From: an uncultured bacterium | GTDB taxonomy: Bacteria; Auribacterota; JACPWU01 | NCBI GenBank assembly: GCA_964640155.1 | Contig: CAZXEQ010000008.1 | Span: forward strand, 1 to 32,000 | Direction: 5' to 3' | DNA length: 32,000 nucleotides | Shown here: one piece after another, positions 27,119 through 32,000 of the stretch | Position numbering within the stretch: position 1 is the stretch's first letter | Layout: the number at the start of each line of letters is the position of its first letter | Notes under the pieces: generated by a model | The model's input: the letters and a program-made list of their open reading frames with translations, nothing else | The model's database searches: none | Told to the model about the DNA's origin: nothing | Program-made: the position numbers and the translations under genes

Positions 27119-27930
27119 GCTCAAAAAAAAGAATAGGCCTTATTGGATGTGGAACAATTGGAACAGAAGTAGCTTTAGCTGTTTTAAACAAATTTTCTCA
27201 TTCGGCAACACTTGAAGTTGTTTGTGAGGTTGATCAAGAGCATAAAAAGAATTTTGATCGGGCAACGGGGAAAAATATTCCAAATGTGAGTCTGTTGGAA
27301 TGTGTTGAGCAATCCGATCTTATTATAGAAGCGGCACATCCCGATGTTGTCCCGCATCTTTTAAGGCAAGCTTGCCTTCTTAGAAGAGATGTTTTGATTT
27401 TGAGCGTTGGGGGTCTTTTTCTGGAAGAAGGTTTAGTTGAGCAGGTTGAAGGTAGAGGGATTCGAGTTTATCTACCGTCGGGCGCGATTGGTGGAGTTGA
27501 TTTATTAAAATCTGCTGGTGTTGGAAAAATCTACTCCGTTGCATTAAAAACCAGTAAGCCTATTGAAGCTTTGAGAGGAGCTCCTTTCATTGAGCAAGCA
27601 AATATTGATTTAGATTCTATTTTAGGGGAAAAAACAATATTTGAAGGTAAAGCCTCCGAAGCCATAAAAGCTTTTCCTCAGAATGTCAATGTTGCTGCTA
27701 CCTTGAGTTTGGCGGGTATTGGCCTTGAAAAGACAAGAGTGACTCTAATTACTTCCAGAAGCTTTAAGAAAAACACGCATGAGATTTCTATTGAAGGGGA
27801 ATTTGGGAAAGCAACTTTTTTGATTGAAAACGAACCTTCGGTTAAAAATCCAAAAACTAGTACTTTGGCATCCTTTTCTGCGATTCAAACTTTGAGTCAA
27901 ATTTTGAGCGGCATTCAGATTGGAACATAA
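27115..27930 (+). CDS. nadX: L-aspartate dehydrogenase (NadX family)
   Basis: 271 aa. IGLIGCGTIG Rossmann N-terminus, PSGAIGGVD, FPQNVNVAATL, H.I.IEGEFG...ENEPS.KNPKTS. This closely parallels my recollection of Thermotoga TM1643. ATGA overlap with the panD stop. Confidence 0.85.
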   Translation: MSSKKRIGLIGCGTIGTEVALAVLNKFSHSATLEVVCEVDQEHKKNFDRATGKNIPNVSLLECVEQSDLIIEAAHPDVVPHLLRQACLLRRDVLILSVGGLFLEEGLVEQVEGRGIRVYLPSGAIGGVDLLKSAGVGKIYSVALKTSKPIEALRGAPFIEQANIDLDSILGEKTIFEGKASEAIKAFPQNVNVAATLSLAGIGLEKTRVTLITSRSFKKNTHEISIEGEFGKATFLIENEPSVKNPKTSTLASFSAIQTLSQILSGIQIGT

Positions 27931-28021
27931 CAAAGATAGTCTTCAGGCACCAGTCGCCGGTCGTCAGTGGGTAGTAAAATAAAAAATCCTTTGTTGCACT
28001 CTTGATAACAATAAAAATTCA

Positions 28022-28573
28022 ATGACGCAAGACGCAAAACGCATCACGCAAAACGATAATATTTCAGGAATAACTCTATTTGATCTTCTTTCGGTGCTTG
28101 CCATTATTTGCATTTTAATGGGATTTTTGATTCCAACCATATCCAACGTTAAAAACAGAGCTCGAGCGACAATATGTGCGGCACAAATAAGACAATTGGC
28201 TTTAGCTGTGGCGGCTTATTCAAATGATTTCGAAGGGAATTTTCCGACAACGCTTTATGGAGCTACTATTCAAAAATACTATTCAAACCCAAAAGAGATT
28301 GTCATTTGCCCGGACGATTTAAGAAGTTTTAATTCCGAGTCTTTTCCAAGAGGTTCTTACGGCTTGAATCAAAGGATTTTGAATTACAAGCTGACTTCAC
28401 TTCCTGAAACAAGCGATGTTTCCAATAAACCGATTGCCATTCTGGGCGATGCAGTGGGGGAAACGCTTGAAGTAGGTACATTTAAGATTAGACACAAGGG
28501 AGAGGGAAATCTTGCTTTTTTGGATGGGCACGTCGACTCAGTTTCATCTTTAGGTTTGCAGGAGCATCTCTAG
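28022..28573 (+). CDS. Prepilin-type N-terminal domain protein with C-terminal H-X9-DG motif (type II secretion / type IV pilin-like)
   Basis: 183 aa. Leader ...NISG followed by the hydrophobic helix ITLFDLLSVLAIICILMGFLIPTI (compare G/FTLIELLVVIAII). C-terminal HKGEGNLAFLDGHV is exactly H-X9-DG. Confidence 0.85.
   Translation: MTQDAKRITQNDNISGITLFDLLSVLAIICILMGFLIPTISNVKNRARATICAAQIRQLALAVAAYSNDFEGNFPTTLYGATIQKYYSNPKEIVICPDDLRSFNSESFPRGSYGLNQRILNYKLTSLPETSDVSNKPIAILGDAVGETLEVGTFKIRHKGEGNLAFLDGHVDSVSSLGLQEHL
28025..28059 (+). repeat. Tandem heptamer array (ACGCAnn) x4-5 immediately after the prepilin ATG
   Basis: ACGCAAG ACGCAAA ACGCATC ACGCAAA ACGATAA at 28025-28059. It is the reverse complement of the unit in the 14516-14543 array. 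Confidence 0.75.
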
Positions 28574-28594
28574 TCTAACTTTTTAATGTTCGTT

Positions 28595-29092
28595 TTAATC
28601 GGTGGTCTTTCTTTTTTCTTGGGCGTACTTTAAACTAAGTTCTTTTCGAAGCTTAGCATTTTCATATCTCTTCTTTTCTTTTTCTGTCTCTAGAGTGAGG
28701 GGAGGAACGGGTTTAGGCTTCCCTTTTTCGTCAATGGCGACCATAGTAAAGTAACAATCATTAGTATGAGTTTTTTCTTTGGTAATAATATCTTCGGCAA
28801 AAATATCAATTCCAACTTCAAGAGAAGTTCGTCCCACATATCGTACTGTCGCATCAAAAATAACTAATTGACCGACTTTGATAGAAGAATCAAAGCTGAC
28901 TCGATCCACAGAAGCTGTAACACAGTAAGAATCTGCGTGGCGGCAGGCACAGACATAAGCAACTTTGTCTGCAATGCTTAAAATAACGCCTCCATGCACT
29001 GTTCCAAGATGATTGGCGTCGTTGGGCATCATGAGTTGTGACATGATGGTTCTAGATTCTGAAGGACTTTTGGGTTTTAAATTTGTATTCAT
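28595..29092 (-). CDS. Acyl-CoA thioesterase (hotdog fold, YciA/YkhA-like)
   Basis: SESR....QLMMPNDANHLGTVHGGVILSIAD hotdog motif. I prefer ATG 29092 (MNTNLKPK..) because it forms an ATGA overlap with the cysH stop. The track start at 29143 would overlap cysH by 55 nt. Confidence 0.85.
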   Translation of the reverse strand: MNTNLKPKSPSESRTIMSQLMMPNDANHLGTVHGGVILSIADKVAYVCACRHADSYCVTASVDRVSFDSSIKVGQLVIFDATVRYVGRTSLEVGIDIFAEDIITKEKTHTNDCYFTMVAIDEKGKPKPVPPLTLETEKEKKRYENAKLRKELSLKYAQEKRKTTD

Positions 29093-29802
29093 GAGGTTTG
29101 CGTACCTGTCTTCTCTTTTTTTAGAAATGTATGAATTCCACATTCCAATTTGCCTTTACCCACCCAACGGCCTGATCTCTCCTCAGCTCCAGCATCAACA
29201 GATTTTGTGCAGGGTTCGCATCCAATGCTTGGGAAACCTTGATCATGAAGAGGGTGATAAGGGACATTATTGTGATAAAGATAATTCCAAATTTCTTTAC
29301 GTGTCCAATTTGCAAGAGGATTAACTTTAATCAGTCCACCTTCATAACCTTCTAGTATTTCAATATTACTTCTCGATGAAGATTGATCTTTTCTAAGAGC
29401 GCTAATCCATGCTTTGAGCCCTTGTACCGCTCTTTGCATTGGTTCAACTTTATTAATGTGGCAGCAGAGATCAGGATTGTTTGCGTAAGGGTGTGGACTT
29501 ATTTTCTTGAAGAGTTCTTCTTTTGAAAGAGTAGGGTGATATTCGACAATATTTAATCCATACATCTTTTTGATTTTTTCTTTAAACTCTAATGTTTCCT
29601 TAAAATGAAACCCTGTATCTAAGAATATGATTTTCATTTCAGGATTAATTTGGCTGATCATATGCATTAACACCATGCCGCTTGAACCAAAAGCCGTGCT
29701 CATGGCAATATCAGGCCAAAACTCTTTTATGGACCATTCGAGTATTTCTCGAGGTCCTGAATGTTGAAATGTTTTAGATTTTTCTAAATATTCAGGTTTC
29801 AT
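29089..29802 (-). CDS. cysH: Adenylyl-/phosphoadenylyl-sulfate reductase, Fe-S (APS-reductase) type
   Basis: 237 aa. FLDTGFHFKETLEF, LRKDQSSSR, PLHDQGFPSIGCEPCT, GRW.GKGKLECGIH. The CC (DLCCH) plus CxxC (CEPC) pairs are the 4Fe-4S ligands of the Bacillus/Pseudomonas/Mycobacterium-type enzymes. Confidence 0.9.
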   Translation of the reverse strand: MKPEYLEKSKTFQHSGPREILEWSIKEFWPDIAMSTAFGSSGMVLMHMISQINPEMKIIFLDTGFHFKETLEFKEKIKKMYGLNIVEYHPTLSKEELFKKISPHPYANNPDLCCHINKVEPMQRAVQGLKAWISALRKDQSSSRSNIEILEGYEGGLIKVNPLANWTRKEIWNYLYHNNVPYHPLHDQGFPSIGCEPCTKSVDAGAEERSGRWVGKGKLECGIHTFLKKEKTGTQTS

Positions 29803-29993
29803 AGTTTAATGGAGTATTCTTCATTCAAAATATGATATTCGTAAAGTTCTATAAATCCACATTTAAGGCAACTGATGCAAGTGTTTTCACTTGATCCATA
29901 AATGAAGAATTGTGTTGTTCCTCCATGATGGCCACATTGAGGACATTGAAATTTTTCGGCTAAATCATTAAAAATAGAGTAGTTTAATCCCAT
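29799..29993 (-). CDS. Small (64 aa) single Zn-ribbon protein
   Basis: CPQCGHHGG...(19)...CLKCGFIELYEY. ATG 29993 is preceded by GAGG at 7-nt spacing and lies 1 nt after the upstream stop. Its stop overlaps the cysH ATG (ATGA). The track start at 30026 is a TTG that would overlap the upstream gene. Confidence 0.7.
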   Translation of the reverse strand: MGLNYSIFNDLAEKFQCPQCGHHGGTTQFFIYGSSENTCISCLKCGFIELYEYHILNEEYSIKL

Positions 29994-29994
29994 T

Positions 29995-30546
29995 TTATGA
30001 CCTCGTTCGATCGTAAAATTGTACAAAACCGCATTGTTTGCATGATGAAAGATAAAGTTCTATTTTTTTTCTATCCCAAAATCCCCCTATTTTGTTTTTT
30101 ACATCCATTAACATTTTAAACTCACGATAGTCTGTATTTTTGCAGTCTGGACAAGAATTCTTTCGAAAATCCTTGATCCATTCTTTAAACCAAGGACTAT
30201 TGATTTTTTTCTCTGGACGATTTGAACCCGCTAATAAATCAATATGATAGAAGCGTTTTAGTCCGCATCCCTGGCAATAAACTTCGAATAAATCTGCGTC
30301 AAAAGGGTTTGTTTCATAGCGGCGTTCCTGGCATTTGAAACACCGGAAATTTTTTGCTAAATGGTTTCTTAATTTTTGAATAACATTTTGCAAAGGAACA
30401 TCTTCAAAATGGCTTTTAATGTCTTTAGCTGATATACGATCCGGCGCAGCTTCTTTTCGGTTTAAAATAATAAAAACGGCAATGGCAGCTGAAATTGCCA
30501 CTAAAATTGCAAACAATATTAAAAATAAATGCGGACTTATCGTCAT
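29995..30546 (-). CDS. Membrane-anchored protein with two Zn-ribbon modules
   Basis: 183 aa. N-terminal hydrophobic helix HLFLILFAILVAISAAIAVFIIL. Then CFKC...(18)...CQGCGLKRFYH and CPDC...(35)...CKQCGFVQFYD. Its start lies 1 nt after the HIT gene stop. Confidence 0.7.
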   Translation of the reverse strand: MTISPHLFLILFAILVAISAAIAVFIILNRKEAAPDRISAKDIKSHFEDVPLQNVIQKLRNHLAKNFRCFKCQERRYETNPFDADLFEVYCQGCGLKRFYHIDLLAGSNRPEKKINSPWFKEWIKDFRKNSCPDCKNTDYREFKMLMDVKNKIGGFWDRKKIELYLSSCKQCGFVQFYDRTRS

Positions 30547-30547
30547 A

Positions 30548-30892
30548 TTAACCTGGAGGCCAAGTCATGGGCCGTCCACCTAAAAGATGTAGATGAACAT
30601 GATACACTGTCTGACCAGCTTCAGGATTACAATTAGCAACCAAGCGATATCCTTTTTGGTCGATATTATTTTCTTTGGCCAACTGATTGGCCACCATAAG
30701 CATTTTACCCCAAAGAGAAAGATTGTCAGGTTTTATTTCACTGATTCTTTCAATATGAATCTTAGGAATAATTAAAAGGTGCACAGGGGCTTGGGGTTTG
30801 ATGTCATTAAAGGCAAGAATTTCTTTGTCTTCGTAATGGAGTGTTGCAGGGATTTCTTTTGTAACAATTTTACAAAAGATGCAATGGGTCAT
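30548..30892 (-). CDS. HIT (histidine triad) family nucleotide hydrolase/transferase, Hint-like
   Basis: 114 aa. CIFCKI N-terminus and the histidine triad HVHLHLLGG. Confidence 0.92.
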   Translation of the reverse strand: MTHCIFCKIVTKEIPATLHYEDKEILAFNDIKPQAPVHLLIIPKIHIERISEIKPDNLSLWGKMLMVANQLAKENNIDQKGYRLVANCNPEAGQTVYHVHLHLLGGRPMTWPPG

Positions 30893-30921
30893 ACTCTCAC
30901 ATAAATTGAAACAGGAACCGT

Positions 30922-31560
30922 TTAACTTTCCTTTTTTCTCTCTAACTTTAGCTTAATCTTCTTAAGTCTAAAAGTATCTTCTCTTTCTCTTTGTTCGATA
31001 ACCCCACGAATAAATCGAATATGTTGGGCCATTGTAGGAAGAATGACTTGCTCTAAGGCATTTACGCGGCGGGTTGTCTTTTTAATTTCAAGGCCTAATC
31101 GACGTAATCTAACCTCAATCGAAGCAATTTTAACTAAAAGAGATGAAACCTCTTCAAAAGAAACCGCTGTACGATGCATTCGAGCGCTTAAGGCGCTTGG
31201 GCTGCAACCTCTCTCTAGGGGAGATCTTTTCCATTTTTCTTCTAAGAACTCAGGAACTTTAACGCCCCACACATTTCTTAATTCATTCTCAAGGCGAATT
31301 TGTCTGGAACCCGCCATGGCCATAGACTCAACGGCATCACTTCCTTCAATCGCTTTTGTTAAAGCTAATTCTTGATAGCTTTTAGTCATGGCTTCTGTCA
31401 GGTTTTGGCGAGACTGCAAAGTTTGTTTGACAACATTAAAAAATTCCATCACCAATGCATCTCGTTTTCTCTTGAGGAGATCTACCCCTTGTCGGGCAAG
31501 ACCTGCCTGATGCTTTAGGCTCAGTAAATTCATTCTTGTTGCGCTAACATTCGCACTCAT
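30922..31560 (-). CDS. ntpD: V-type ATP synthase subunit D
   Basis: 212 aa. ATRMNLL.LK......A.QG.DLLKRKRDALV.EF N-terminus typical of V/A-type subunit D. Coiled-coil-rich. Located downstream of subunit B. Confidence 0.9.
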   Translation of the reverse strand: MSANVSATRMNLLSLKHQAGLARQGVDLLKRKRDALVMEFFNVVKQTLQSRQNLTEAMTKSYQELALTKAIEGSDAVESMAMAGSRQIRLENELRNVWGVKVPEFLEEKWKRSPLERGCSPSALSARMHRTAVSFEEVSSLLVKIASIEVRLRRLGLEIKKTTRRVNALEQVILPTMAQHIRFIRGVIEQREREDTFRLKKIKLKLERKKES

Positions 31561-31576
31561 AAGCAGCTTTCTTTTA

Positions 31577-32000
31577 TTAATCTATTTTTACTATTTCTTC
31601 CATTAATTCACCGTAATAGCGATCAATGTGTTTTTTCTGAACACGTTTAAGTTCGCTCTTCGGTAAATGAGTTGAAAGGAGTTTCCATCCAAGATTTAAA
31701 GTCGTTTCGATCGTTCTATTTGTAACGCCTTGATTGATAAACTTCTTTTCGAAGTCTTCGGCAAATTTAAGATAACGTTTATCTAAATCTGTGAGGGCTT
31801 CTTCACCGATGATAGCAACCAACTTGCGTAAATCACGCCCATTAGCATAAGCTGCGTAAAGCTGATTAGCCAATTCGCGATGATCCGCTCTTGTTTTACC
31901 TTCACCAATACCGCTGTTCATCAATCGAGATAGACAACGAGGAGCATCTACTGGAGGATAAACTCCAACGCGATGAAGTTGACGTGATAAAACAATTTGT
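31577..32000 (-). CDS. ntpB: V-type ATP synthase subunit B, C-terminal part (continues beyond the right edge)
   Basis: Reverse translation stays open to nt 32000 (..[91 protein letters not shown]..). This is the conserved C-terminal region of V/A-type B subunits. The Met at 31924 in the track is internal. Confidence 0.9.
   Translation of the reverse strand, partial: QIVLSRQLHRVGVYPPVDAPRCLSRLMNSGIGEGKTRADHRELANQLYAAYANGRDLRKLVAIIGEEALTDLDKRYLKFAEDFEKKFINQGVTNRTIETTLNLGWKLLSTHLPKSELKRVQKKHIDRYYGELMEEIVKID

Noticed and set aside
27931-28021. GC-rich patch (caccagtcgccggtcgtcagtgg) after the aspartate dehydrogenase gene, as a terminator.
   Set aside because: I could not fold it into a clean stem. 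Only scattered 3-4-bp complementarity is present, and the downstream A-rich tract is on the wrong side for a plus-strand intrinsic terminator.
29093-29143. ATG 29143 as the thioesterase start, and TTG 30026 as the small Zn-ribbon start.
   Set aside because: Both would create 32-55-nt overlaps with the upstream genes. The internal ATGs (29092 and 29993) give an ATGA overlap and a 1-nt spacing respectively, and 29993 has a GAGG SD.
29013-29324. Plus-strand 103-aa ORF, and minus-strand 64-aa ORF (29121-29315), across the cysH/thioesterase junction.
   Set aside because: These are alternative frames of the region encoding the highly conserved C-terminus of CysH (PLHDQGFPSIGCEPCT...ECGIH). No independent support.
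1-32000. CRISPR arrays, tRNA/rRNA genes, IS elements, integrases and prophage genes.
   Set aside because: There are no regularly spaced 25-40-nt repeats. No intergenic region is long enough for a tRNA or rRNA; the longest spacer is about 160 nt and is occupied by a terminator. No ORF has transposase or recombinase motifs.

Overview
AT-rich bacterial chromosomal window, mostly housekeeping genes with two less ordinary regions. The gene content (V-type ATPase, DapL-type lysine pathway, H-X9-DG prepilin) suggests the PVC group or a neighbouring candidate phylum. No rRNA or tRNA is present to confirm that.

Layout:
(i) 1-8760 (+): the last 2,919 codons of a giant multidomain ORF that is still open at the left edge. 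It carries a TraB/GumN-like motif, a degenerate methyltransferase fold, an HExxH motif, a long helical-repeat region, a NagB-like domain and two tandem SufS-like PLP domains. A 79-nt compound palindrome lies in frame near its 5' end.
(ii) 8782-9407 (-): a doc / ribbon-helix-helix toxin-antitoxin pair.
(iii) truA-metF, then rplM-rpsI with a clean intrinsic terminator.
(iv) 12253-27930 (+): a 15.7-kb co-directional biosynthetic cluster, argC-argJ-argB-argD-argF-argG-argH-lysA-dapA-dapB-dapL-folK-panB-panC-panD-aspartate dehydrogenase, with many 4-nt start/stop overlaps.
(v) 28022-28573 (+): an orphan H-X9-DG prepilin whose first codons are a tandem heptamer (ACGCAnn). The same heptamer array occurs inverted in the argJ-argB spacer.
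(vi) Minus strand: V-type ATPase B (partial) and D, then a tightly coupled HIT / membrane Zn-ribbon / small Zn-ribbon / APS-type CysH / acyl-CoA thioesterase string.

I saw no rRNA, tRNA, CRISPR array, transposase or integrase. The best candidates for something undescribed are the giant ORF, especially its C-terminal enzyme cassette, and the HIT-ZnR-ZnR-CysH-thioesterase unit. Both calls rest on motif reading only and need HMM or structure searches.
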